Shown: positions 52,002-64,000 of the stretch, one piece after another
Numbering within the stretch: position 1 is the first letter of the stretch
Layout of the letters: the number at the start of each line of letters is the position of its first letter
Assembly (NCBI GenBank): GCA_030265395.1
Contig: JARFYF010000022.1
Span: forward strand, 18,473,944 to 18,537,943
Length of the DNA: 64,000 nt
Direction: 5' to 3'
Origin: Rhina ancylostomus
Taxonomy: Eukaryota
Notes under the pieces: model-generated
The model's database searches: none
The model's input: the letters and a program-made list of their open reading frames with translations, nothing else
What the model was told of the DNA's origin: nothing
Translations under genes and position numbers: made by a program

Positions 52002-52519
52002 CCTAAGCATTGTGGTTTCTGCAGTAATCACTGTCATTTTAAATTCTTCTTTTGTCTGCTTGAATGAATTAGAATTAGAATTTTGGCATGCTTTTCCCAC
52101 TGAACATTAATTAAAGTTTATTGATTTAAAAAAATGGCTACATATTTTCATTTTAGAGAAGACAAAATATTACAATAGTTTTATAACAAGATGTAACATC
52201 TCAAATTATGATTTTCTTCTTCCTGCTCTGTGATGTCACTAACGCAGCATCTGCAGGCAACCAAGGAGACTCCATTCAAAACTAGAGGCTGTAAATCAGG
52301 GAGGTCTGTCAGATACTTTGGAGCTATCTTTGGATATTGCTCCCTTTGGATATTGTTTTTATATGCTGTCAAATTTCCCTTTTGTTTTGTTCTTGTAACA
52401 GTATATTTTTTATTCTGTGATGTGATTTATTTAATTAAAAATGTTAGGACAGAGGACAGGACATAGTTAGTCTTTTATTGGAGAACGAAAATCAGTGCTA
52501 ATGATTTTTTGATTCTATT

Positions 52520-53335
52520 TCTTATCAGCTTGTGAATCCTTCATCCTGAAATGCTTCAAATCAATGAATTACTTTTCTAGTTATGTAAGAAAACACAAAT
52601 GTCAATATTCACACAAAAGCCCACAGACTTTAAATGAGATGAATAAGTTATTTTGGTGGCACTGGTTGATTGAAGAATGTTGCCAGACAATAAGACCATA
52701 AAATCTTAAGACCACAGGAAGTAGGAATACAAGTTGGCCATTCAGCCCTTTCATCCTGCTTCATCATTCAGTAAGCTCATGGCTCACAATTGTCCGAGAG
52801 AAAAAAATTCTTCTTAAGCGGACATCCCTTTATTCTGAGACCATGCCCTCTCAACATTTACTGCCTAGTCCCCTAAGCATCTGATGTATTTCAATAAGAT
52901 TGTGTCTCCGTTGAAACTCCAATATGTAGAATCCTGGTCTGCTTTACCTTTCCTTGCAGGACAACACCCCCTATATCTGGGATCATCCTAGTAAATCTTA
53001 CCAGAATTGCATCCATTTAAATTCTATTTTGTTCTTTTGATCTTCCTTACAAAATGTACAACTTCAAATTTTCACTTATTATAATTTATATGCCAACTTT
53101 ATGCCCACTCACCTAACATATCAAGACTCCAAGAGAATTGTTTTCCTTTTTTGTGATAAGGAATTGTTTACATTCACTTGAAGAAGCAGCCATATCCCAT
53201 TGGAATGGCAGACATCCAGCAATGTGGCATCTTCCATTCTTCACTGATGTGCCAGCCTGATTGTATGTTCAAGTGCCGAACGGGACTTTAGTTTTTAGCC
53301 TTCTGACTTAGACAAAATTTCTATTGACTTAGGTA
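52520..53335 (-). mobile_element. Deu-type SINE split by a CR1 3' fragment (about 52690-53125)
   Basis: SINE-like halves at 52520-52690 and 53130-53335; the insert begins taagaccataaaatcttaagaccacaggaagtagg...ggccattcagccc. Confidence 0.6.
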
Positions 53336-53639
53336 GTCTGATCATTGTATGTAACAGTAACATTCAGCTTTCATTGGTGGAGCTGCATCCCGTGTGTAAC
53401 ACAGAAAAAAGCCATTCAGCTCAACTGGCCTAGACTAGCCCTTATATGCTCTCAGTTTTTTTGCACTGCTATTTAGCATTATTAGCATGATAATTCTATT
53501 TTCCCTCATGCATTTATCCGGATTGATCATGAATGTATCTGTGCTATTTAGCTCAATTGACATGATGGTCAATTCCACTCTGTAATTTGAATATTAAAGA
53601 CAAAGAAGGGTAGACAATGACAATGAAGGATGGTACAAC

Positions 53640-54492
53640 TACCACATGGCAACAACCTTCCCCTCAATGTCAGCAAAACAAGAGAGCTTGGTCATTGACT
53701 TCAGGAAAGGGGGTGGTGTACATGCACCTGTCTACGTCAATGGTGTCAAGGTTGGGAGGGTTGAGAGCTTCAAGTTCCTAAGAGTGAACATCACCAATAG
53801 CCTGTCCTGGTCCAACCATGTAGATGCCATGGCTAAGAACGCTCACTAGTGCCTCTACTTCCTCAGGAGGCTAAAGAAATTTGGCATGTCCCCTTTGACA
53901 ATCACTAACTTTTATTGATGCACCATAGAAAGCTTCATATCTGGATGCATCTTAGCTTGATATAGCAACTGGTCTGCCCAGGACCACAAGAAACTGCAGA
54001 GAGTTGTGGACACAGCTAAGCGCATCATGGAAACCAGTCTCCCCTCCATGGACTCTGTCTATACCTCTCACTGCCTTGGTGAATCAGCCAGCATAATCAT
54101 AGACCCCTCCCACCCAGGTCATTCTCTCTTCTCCCCTCTCCCATCAGGCAGAAGATTCAGGAGCCTGAGGGCACATACCACTAGGCTCAAGGTCAGCNNN
54201 NNNNNNNAGCTGCTATCCCACAGTGATAAGACTATTGAGAGATTCCCTTATACGATGAAATGGACTCTTGACCTCACAATTTACCTTGTTGTGGTCTTGC
54301 ATCTTATTGTCTACCTGCACTGCACTTTTTCTGTAGCTTTGACACTTCACTGTGTATTCTGTATTGTTTTACCTTATACTACCTCAGGTCACTGTGTAAT
54401 GAATTGATCTGTATGAACGATATGCAAGATAAGCTTTTCACTGTACCTTGGTACAAGTGACAATAATAAACCAATCCAATTCCAATTCCAAT
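53640..54492 (+). mobile_element. Rex1/Babar LINE, 5'-truncated
   Basis: LVIDFRKG...VESFKFL.VNITNSLSWSNHVDAMAK.AH..LYFLRRLKKFG...DPSHPGHSLFSPLPSGRRFRSLRAHTTRLK; AATAAA followed by a (CCAATT)n tail. Confidence 0.93.
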
Positions 54493-55638
54493 ATGTTTGA
54501 GGGGAGATTAGCCCCAAAAATCTCCAGGAGGGGGCATCTTTGGAAATACTTTGATATTACTGTTGACCTATAGGCACCTCTCACAATTCACTGAGGCAGT
54601 TCACCATTCTATTGATGGAGGGGTGAGATGTGAGATGACTAATGCTGACAGTCAGTAGCCCATAGGAGTTACATGTAATCGGAAAGACTGCTCCAACTCC
54701 TATCAGCTCCAAATCTGTTTGTTATAGCTTTGGCAGGGTGCAGTGACATGGAATGAATAACGTGCATCCATGAGGCAAGGAGCCAAATGCCTGTTTAGTG
54801 CAGCCAAATGAAACCCCTCTGTAAGACCTTCTAGCTGGTATAATATGACACCAGATGTATTTCAATCTAGTGCAAAATTTTTCTCCACCACACCAACCCT
54901 TGATAGGACAAGGACAAATTTCTCTCCCTTTGAATTCATGTATAAAAATAGTTTAATATTAAACCATGAACCATCGTGGAAAATTATTGCAGATTCCTGG
55001 GGATAACCATAAGACTTTTCTGATTCTCATTCAGCCCTGAAGTGCATTGTCTGATTCCCCAGACAGTGCCATCAATTAGAAAATATTCCTTTGAGCTTCT
55101 TTACAACTGATTTTGGTTTGGAACTAGTTATTGGGTGTAGACTCTCTTCCAGTCGGGGTTTTCCATGTGCCTGTGCTTTAAGTTAGTGGATTGCATCATT
55201 TTGTGAATGTTCTAATCTTGTCAAAGAAAGCAATATAGTTCTCTTTTTCAGTTAACTTTTGTTTATTAAATGTTTACTATGATTATTATAACATGAAACA
55301 TAAAATGTTTATGTCTTTTATAACAACTAAAATAAAATATTTTTGTGTGAATATTTTTATTCAAATTTTGCAAAATGTCATGAGCTAAATTTCAAATAAG
55401 GGACTGTAATAATTTCACTAAAAATGCTAAATGGAAACTTATTAAAATTCATGATATTGCAATTTAACTTAAAAATTATTATTAATTTGATAATAGCTCT
55501 TAATGAATCATTATTAAATACCATTATTTAATAAAGTACAACTTTCTAAAAGGAATCCGGTTGGTATTGCAGACAGGATACATTTCACTAATTTAGCAGA
55601 TAGCTTTTATCTTTGCAATTTTGGTGACTGAAGCCCAC

Positions 55639-56124
55639 TATCATGGTTCTGAGTACTGGCTCCTTAGATGCCTTGTTGTACAGCACATGGATTCCATGCG
55701 GGACTGATTGCATAATGACACACACCTGAGCCCCATCAGGNNNNNNNNNNNNNNNNNNNNNNNNNNNNNNNNNNNNNNNNNNNNNNNNNNNNNNNNNNNN
55801 NNNNNNNNNNNNNNNNNNNNNNNNNNNNNNNNNNNNNNNNAAGTACCTGGGTTTCTCTAGCACTAGTTGCCAGAGTATTGGTCAACCTTTGGGTATACTT
55901 TGGCTCCTGGCTGCTTGGAGTAGTCCACTCTAGAGCAGTCTTGTGTTCTCTGTTCTGCTTTGAATATGCAGTTTGTGTTGGGATTCCCCCTCAGATCTCC
56001 AAGGCAAGATTCCTTCCAGTTGCTGCCCGTGTTTGGTCCTGAGGAAGTATCCTGGCTCCAGTCTTGTACCAGTGTGCTGCATTTGTGTTCTCTGTGAGCT
56101 TGCTCTTTGCTCAACATTGTGACA
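55639..56124. mobile_element. Possible solo LTR, containing a gap
   Basis: GC-richer block bounded by tatcatgg...tgtgaca (degenerate TG..CA termini). No matching TSD found. Confidence 0.3.
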
Positions 56125-56934
56125 CACCCTACCAGCTCCAGGAACATGTATATATCTTACTCTCAGTTGCGTGTGTCGACATGCAATTCAGTACCTTCTG
56201 TGTGGTGTGCTCAGTCAGAGTCATATAGCACAGAAACTGGCCCTTCCATCTGCCATGTTCGTACTCTGTTTTGAAATTTGGCTCCATTGAACCACTGCAG
56301 CATATGCACATTGTACTCAACTTTCATTGCTTCAGCAGAGAAAAGTTTCAAAAGCTGAGCTCAACTTGCACACAAATTAGTGTGTGCATAGAGGGCATAT
56401 GAATGAGAACTAATTTTTACTCCATAATGTCAAAAGAGAGAAATTAGCAAGTTGTTGACATTTTCATATCAAGAAGAATGCAACAATATGCAAAAAAATT
56501 AGAGGGGTAAAACAGATGATCCAATGTTGATTTGTTTTAACTGGGATTATTATTTTTCCAAATCATATCAGGTACAGCACTCCTCCACTTTTGGATTTTA
56601 GTGGAGAACTGAACTCCTTCTTACCTTTGGTTATTGGCACTCTGGGCAGCAATGTGACTGTAATTTGAAGCATTAATTGGCAGTGCATTAATTGTGGAAG
56701 TTGGCAAATTGAATTGTGATGGCTAGTCTGTTTTCTTACACAGACCATTAGTATGTAAGGTAGCCATTTGATGATATAAAATCTTGAGCAGTACAGAAAC
56801 AATGCCATCANNNNNNNNNNNNNNNNNNNNNNNNNNNNNNNNNNNNNNNNNNNNNNNNNNNNNNNNNNNNNNNNNNNNNNNNNNNNNNNNNNNNNNNNNN
56901 NNNNNNNNNNTCATGTTAAGTTGGACTGGTTAAA

Positions 56935-57296
56935 AGCGGGTGATAGTGGCACAGATGGTGGAGCTGCTGTCTCAAAGCTCCAATATAACCTGGATTCAAT
57001 TCTGACATCTGGTGCTGTATGGAGTTTGCATGTTCTCCCTTTGGCTGTGAGTGGTTCCCCTGTGGGGTCAGTTTCCTCCCACACCCCATTCCTTCCACCT
57101 CCCAAAGACAGATGGGTTGGTAGGTGAACTGGTCACTGTAAATTGCCCCAAGTGTGTAGGTGAGTGGTGGAATCTGGGCGGAGTTAACAGGAATGTAGGA
57201 TGGAATAAAGTAGGATTAGTGTAAACGAGTGGTTGGCTGGATGTGATAGCCCAAACTATCTGTTACTACATGTTATGACTCTTTGACTATGACTCT
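56935..57296 (+). mobile_element. HE1-type V-SINE
   Basis: A box TGGCACAGATGG, B box GGATTCAATTC, V-domain tggagtttgcatgttctccc...gtttcctcccaca...ccaaagac...tgtaaattgcccc, and tail tatgactct..gactatgactct. Confidence 0.88.
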
Positions 57297-60200
57297 AAAT
57301 ATCACACATACTGTGTTAAGAAGCCAAGTGAAAATTGTTGAAAATTGATTTCCATTTGTGTTCTTGCAGCTATGTAGAATACAATAGGAGAAGCACATTT
57401 CTTTTGGAAGCTTTATGCACATTTTTGACATCAGACATGGGCATCTTGGTGGTCGTACCACTTGGAGCTGCTTGAGCCAGAGAAAATGAGCAATGAACAT
57501 GTCCAGTGTCAGTGTCTGAGCTGGGATCTGGCTATCCCACTCCCCAAAGGGCAGTTTGGATTTCCTAGCTATTTGAAAGCGGGAAACACAAGGCAGGGTG
57601 ACGGTGAGAATGCACCATGTAGAGGAGTATGTTTATACCATCTGTATCGTGCAAGTGAAAAAAAATCATATGATAAGGAATGTGATAAGGTGTAATTATC
57701 TATGAACATACCATCTCCTGTGGACTCTGTGTCTCCTGTAACATTGGTGTTTGCCATGACGGTTCCAATCATTAAGATTAAGAGACTATTTCCTCTGGGA
57801 TAATGAGTCAATGCAGAAGCACTTGTCTCCCACCAGTCTGCTGTATGCTCACTTATATCCAGTTTGACTGGTGAAAGTGATCCAGTAAGTGTCATGCAAT
57901 TTTTGGCCGGTGTTTGGTTGATACACTTGCAATAGTCATATAGTTGGGAGTTTACAGAAGTTTTGATATTTGGTTGGTTGTCTTGGAGTACTGTATGTTA
58001 TATGAAGGTGTGCTGTGACATTATTTCCTGCCTGAAGATTATTCTCAAGTGAATTTCAGGAAGCAGATTCTGCTACTGCCTGACAGCAAGGGAACCAAAT
58101 TTTGAATGATAGTTATCACACATTTTGCTCATATGACTAAGATTGTATTTCTAACCCAATAATTCTTTTATTTGCTGATGGCCAATTTCTAAACAAGTAT
58201 AAATGTTATGTTGTTACACATGTTATTTGATGGATTGTTCTAAGATTGAGTGGAATTGAAAATCCATATATAGCTATAGAAGATTTTAAAAATATTGAAT
58301 TTCTTTGTAACTATATTATTGTTTTGACATTGTACTCAGAGGTTACCAGTATGAGATATATTACAACAACTACAACAACCACTATTTGGACAATGCTTTT
58401 TGTGCAGCAGAAATTCTCAAAGGGCTTTACAGAAATATTACCAAGGGAAAATTTAGCAAAGTCTGTTCATGTCATCCAACCTGTAAATATGCTGATTACA
58501 GGGTGGCATTTACTTGTTCAGCTTCTGTCCTTGACTATGCTGAATTTTCTTGCCTGAAATGAGATGTCCAATTATTAGTTCCTTCAGGGAAGGAAGAAAG
58601 AAAAATCTAGGTTAAAAGCTGTTTTATGGAAACCACCATTTATGCATGATGGTTTATGATATTCATCAGCTTGGATGCTCTTAACAGATTTGGACCCAGC
58701 CAAGAGAGTGAAATCTGAGTCCAAAAATAGGTTTTCAACCAGTAATGGGTTCCCACTATTAATTCTAGAGTTAGCAATGGTTCAGAAAACAAAACAATCA
58801 AAAAGGTATTACTTTCTTCTGACTTGTTAGCTGTCTCTCTACACTAAAATCCTACTGGCTCTTGCACTTTGTTGCTGTAGAGGGCTATTACAATTTTTCT
58901 TCAACCAGAGGTATTGAATAATTACACAGCACTTTAATACCCAGAGCGCTGAAGGGCATTTCTTTTTCTGTGATTTATGGTATTAGTCACACTATACTCG
59001 ACAGCGTTTTCACAACAATCTCTAGCTATGTCAAAGATCACACACTGCTTATGACCACCAGCATTACTGTGTTTTGAAACCATTGCTGCAATTATGAACT
59101 CTCAAATGTAGTTCTATTTTTATACTAAAATTCGTTTGATCATTGCCATCTGCTGTGAATTCTTCAATGTTTACAGACTGCCGTAGTTTGATGATTTACT
59201 GGAGGTGGAAGAACAGTTCACTTTATTGGAATTTTCTAATATTTACTGCTTAATGGATGATCCAATCTATTCTTAACAAGGTGACCAAGGTACTGCCATC
59301 TGTAATAAAGAAAAAGTTCATAATTATTGGCTTGGCACATTATCTATTCTGTACTATAGGGTGGATACCACAATGATCTGTCCATTTAAATAACTCTCAT
59401 TTAAACCTAGTTATATTGACTTTAAGCTGATAAAATCAAATTGTGTCCCTTTAATTAGAAATAAAAACACATACTTAAACAAAGGAAAAAATGTCTTGAG
59501 TTTCAGATATCTTGCACAATTGTGTTTTAAGAATCTGGAATCTATTGAACCTATTGAATGTTTTGCTGTTTTTTTTATTACAGTTTCTGTGTTCACAGGA
59601 AGAACTGAATGTCAAGAGCAGGATGATGTGCCAAACTAGCATTATTTTTCACCTGGAAAATTAAATCTACATGCATAAGCCTGACTAAGCTGTCATTAAG
59701 GATCTTTTTCAGTCCTGACTCCAGTTGAGCTTCATGTAAATCAACTGATAATGTTTCCTTGAGAAAACAACATTGATGTTCTTAAAATTATTTGACTTTG
59801 ATAGCCAAAGCTATTGTTATAAGCTGGTATCTCTCGAGGACAATCAAGATGATTCCCCACCAGTTGTTTTAAGTGACAGAATTATATGTTACAAGTAGCC
59901 TGAAGAAAATGATTAACACTAGAATGAGGTTGATGTGCACATAACTATTGTCATTTTTGTTGTTAAGATGAGTACCTTGATTGCTTTTCTCTATTAAGGT
60001 GACATATCTATTAGCAATTGGCATTTCAAAGCAGAAAAATTAACATTACTTGGAAAGAAAAGCTGATCTCAATAAGACTTCAACTGGAAAATGTAATCCA
60101 AGATTAACTAAATACTGAACAATTCTCATACCAAGTCCAAAGACATGAAAGATCATTAGTTCCATATTCAAACACTTTATACATTTGATCTATATATTCC

Positions 60201-60477
60201 CCTGATGTTATGCTTTTATGAATTAAATGGGATACATGCATTAAAATACCAGCAAGTGTTCAGTCAAGGGTAAATCTCAAACCAAAAATTTTCATTCAGG
60301 AGTAAATCTCAAGCATACACATGGATATTACGGACTGTAAAGCTTTACAGTGTCTTTAGTAACTTCCTGGTACAGCCATATACCTTAAGAACTCCAGCAT
60401 CTAAGATTCTCAAGTCTCTTCATGATAAATTAATTGCTGTAATTTGCTGCAGTGGAAAGTGTGTTCCTTCCTCACTT

Positions 60478-60610
60478 TTACAGTTCTGATGGAAGGTCAT
60501 TGACCTGAAACACTAACTGTATTCCTCTCTAACCAGAAGCCACCTCACTAGTTGAGGATCACCAACATTTTCTGCTTTTTCAAAATCAAATCTCAAGATT
60601 TTGCTTTTCT
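60478..60610 (+). mobile_element. Penelope-associated pLTR half-copy with decayed hammerhead fold
   Basis: acagtt-CTGATGG-A-AGGTCA-T-TGACCT-GAAAC-ACT-aactgt, with complete stem I and stem II pairing. Confidence 0.7.
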
Positions 60611-63600
60611 ATTTCCATACAATGCATACAAAAGTAATCTCAGAAAATCTCTTTAAATACTGTTTCACAATTCCCTAGTGGATCTTAGCTAAATTCTTCT
60701 TTTTTCCAGTTATAACCCAAACATGAAATACAATCATAAATCACTTCCTGTTGACTGATAAGGGCAGTATTAGACTAAATGATGGTGCTAAGACATCTCT
60801 GCAGAATCATGCAAAAGTTGTCACTGAAGTAAAGAAGGGGACTTTAGGAGAAATAGGTAACCAATGAGAAAAAACAGCTGCTGATCTCTGTCACACATTG
60901 AGCACTACTACCCAAGACCAATTTCACCCTCATAATCTGACTATGAAAGCGTTTTTAGTGGTATATGACAAGTAGCTTTATGGGTAACTTTTGACAGGCA
61001 TAGGATGCAAGGTTGTTTGCAAATTTCCAGCTTCTTCAGTACTTGTATCTTCCATAGACTACATTAATCTAATTTAAAATTGCAAATTTTTACAAAATGT
61101 TCACTTTCACAGATGCACCCTGATAACAAACATGTGCAAGTTGAAAATCCTGCAAACGGAAATTCAGCATTTAAAGGTCAATCAAGTTGAAGGCTGCACC
61201 TTAAGTGCAGAGAATAGTGGAAATATTTTGGAAAGAGAGCATCGATGAATATGTAATGAAACACAGACTGATCAGGCTTCAGGCAGTGTTTTAAAATTAG
61301 GACAGTTCATTCCTAGTTCAAAAGGACACAGAACAATACTAGCACTTACAACACTTACAGCAGAAGAAAATGACACTGACCTCCCCTTTCACATCCAAAG
61401 GAGGAAATGCTTAACACGAGCGTAACAATCAGCAGAAAAAGCATTTCAGGAGGTAGCTATCAGAGGGCAGTGAGAGGAGTGCACGAAAGGTTATGACTTA
61501 GCAGCAGTATTTAATTTCCTGAGGAGAAGGCCAGAGTAACATTCTCCTCTACCTCAGTCTTGGGAAAGGAACCCAAAAATAATACAGGCTAGTTACTGAT
61601 AAAATGTCACAAACATGTATCAAATAGTCTGCCAAGTGAGTAATTTAGCTTTTAAAAGCTAAGTTTAGCACATTGTCCAAAGCAAATACAATTGCCCTGA
61701 AAATAGATTTCATGCATTTATAGTGCACTAAACTGTTGGGTATCTTAAGTGCAATCACTATTTTAGGTCACCTACAAAAAACTGTGTAGTTGCATTAAAG
61801 TTTGCACTAAAATGGCTCAAGTGCTGAAATGAGATTTGTGTGTTTCCTGCAAAGAATCAATGTGATTGCCAAGAGAGTCAGTCACATTGGTGGATCTGGG
61901 GTCACATATAGGGCCCACTGGAGAAAGGTGGCAGATTTCCTTAGGAACTAGATGGGTTTTTATGGTAATATTGGTATGCAGGATTTCCATTGCTCCGCCA
62001 CGTTCACTAAATAATTTCATAAAAAGCAAAGCTTGCAAAATAAACATAATTTAGATTGATTAACTGTATATCATCTTTAGCCATCATCATGCCTTTGCCA
62101 TTTAATAATTAACTCTCATCATATGAATTGAATATTTTGTCATTAATGATTGCATAAACTGTCTGGAACTAACAATTTCTTCACTTGGTTTTCTTTTCCA
62201 AAGGTGGCTTATTCAGTGATTACAGAAACACATTAATACAATATTACAGTACTTCATGATACACACCATTTACAGTTTCAAATTATCACATGGTCATCAC
62301 TAGCCAGAACACACTCAAGCCTCTGTGGTGCCCAGTGGTCCTGGAAATCCCCCATTGTATCCATGGATATTGCATGGTCCTTCTCGAGGGGGACACAGGC
62401 ATGGACTTAACCCCAGAAAAGGGGCAGGCAATTAGCTCAGGCAGAACCCTTGACTGCCCGCCACCTAGACACATGAATGGCCACCTTTGCCAGGCCCAGG
62501 GGCAAACTGACCAGGAGACTTACTTTTCTTGTGGCCATCTTCTGTAGCCATCCATCTGCTGTTAACAAAGAGCAATGGTTGTTCAAAAGATCTTTGCAGA
62601 TGTGTAGATGGTCCGAAATGCATGTTGAAAAATGACTAATGTAGAGATCCAGAAACTCACAGAAGAAAAATAATTGTAATGAGAAGACTTACATATTTTG
62701 TGCATTCAGAGAAAGTTAATAAGGTTATTTCCGTCTGAAAAAATTGTTAATTATAAATCAAATGCACANNNNNNNNNNNNNNNNNNNNNNNNNNNNNNNN
62801 NNNNNNNNNNNNNNNNNNNNNNNNNNNNNNNNNNNNNNNNNNNNNNNNNNNNNNNNNNNNNNNNNNNNNNNNNNNNNNNNNNNNNNNNNNNNNNNNNNNN
62901 NATGCTCTGGCATTTACTTTATTCAGCAAATCCTTTACAGCTTGGATTTCAGTCCAAAATAATGTATAGCATAGATTTTTTTAAGCACATAATCAGAGAC
63001 ACTAGCATAAAAAGATTCAACATATTTTGAGCTTCCATTAAGATTTGTACTAGCTTTAGAAAGCTTTGTATTAGACGCATTCCCTATCTTTAAACCTGTC
63101 TGTGCCAAATCAATGAAGAACACCTGGTGAAGCATTAAAAAGGAAAACTCAACAAAGCTGTTCTGTGCAATTGAAGCTCTTGTTCATTATGCAACTTAAA
63201 ATACAAATATAATTAACTGTATAATAGGTACAGGGAATAAAGCAGGAATGATGAGGAAGGATGACTTAGAGCCAAAAGAGAAATTGGAAGGAAAAAGAAA
63301 GATCAGATTACATGCAAGGATGGAAAGAAAATTAAAAAATGTAACCTTTATGTTTGAATAATTTACTACATGCAAGGATGAAATTCAGCTGTTTAAATTG
63401 TTCCCTTTCTAGGCCATGGAGATTGATTGTCTTTGCAATGACAATCAGCATTTTGTAAAGAGGGCAATTACATTGTTAAGTATGAGCATTATCTTTCTGT
63501 GGTAGGCTGAATGACCAGTTAATGTGGAAATTCAGAAAGTTCCTAAAAATAAAGGAGACAAAGAGCAAGATGAAAGACACCAAGCATTTGGTTTAACTTT

Positions 63601-64000
63601 AGCAGGAAGCTCTGGAGATTTGCAGTGTGTTACAAATTTCTACTTCTTAATTTGTTGGCCAAATGTGCAATGTTAACAGTGTGTATTGTGAATTTTAAGT
63701 TGAAGTTATTTCGCAGAACAGTTTGATCCAACTTGTTTCTAAAATCTACAACTGCATTAAAGAATTACACACACCAAAGAACATTTTGATCTCTTTGCAA
63801 CATTTTCTTTATTATCTGTAGAAAACTACAGTAATTTTTATATGTTAATTCTTAAGAGGTTTTATATGCTCCCCATCTTAATAAAACTTTCAAGGACGGT
63901 AAGTTATTGACACTCTTTTCATCTCACCTACCCTGGTCCCCAACCTTGTCTTGGTGCCTGCAAAAAAGGTTTTGTGAGGCACCTTCTTGAACTGCTGTTG

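Noticed and set aside
56367-56388. Short hairpin tgcacaca-aattag-tgtgtgca (also a weak one at about 61715-61815)
   Set aside because: The arms are too short or imperfect to distinguish from chance or ancient MITE debris.

Overview
Vertebrate genomic DNA from a gapped draft assembly (14 N-runs). The repeat content (HE1-type and Deu-type SINEs, CR1, Rex1/Babar, RTE, Penelope-like elements) points to a cartilaginous fish, probably a batoid; this is an inference. The only protein-coding gene I can support is the paired-class homeobox gene ALX4 on the minus strand. Coding exons 1-3 (25596-25245, 8106-7808, 4418-4293) are phase-compatible with GT-AG boundaries. The last, OAR-containing exon lies left of the window. 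The rest is intron plus about 38 kb of upstream gene desert holding decayed retroelements and candidate enhancers. The most notable signal is a family of Penelope-associated fold-back elements carrying a minimal hammerhead-ribozyme core (CTGANGA-A-stem II-GAAAC-GTT). One young copy has a perfect 17-bp target-site duplication, and two decayed copies bracket a Penelope RT relic. Also notable are a roughly 30 kb CpG-retaining domain over ALX4, an LF-SINE-like relic in intron 1, a solo LTR with a 4-bp TSD nested in a SINE, and two long hairpins. I found no evidence of a new protein-coding system. Repeat family names come from recalled motifs, not database searches, and repeat boundaries are approximate.
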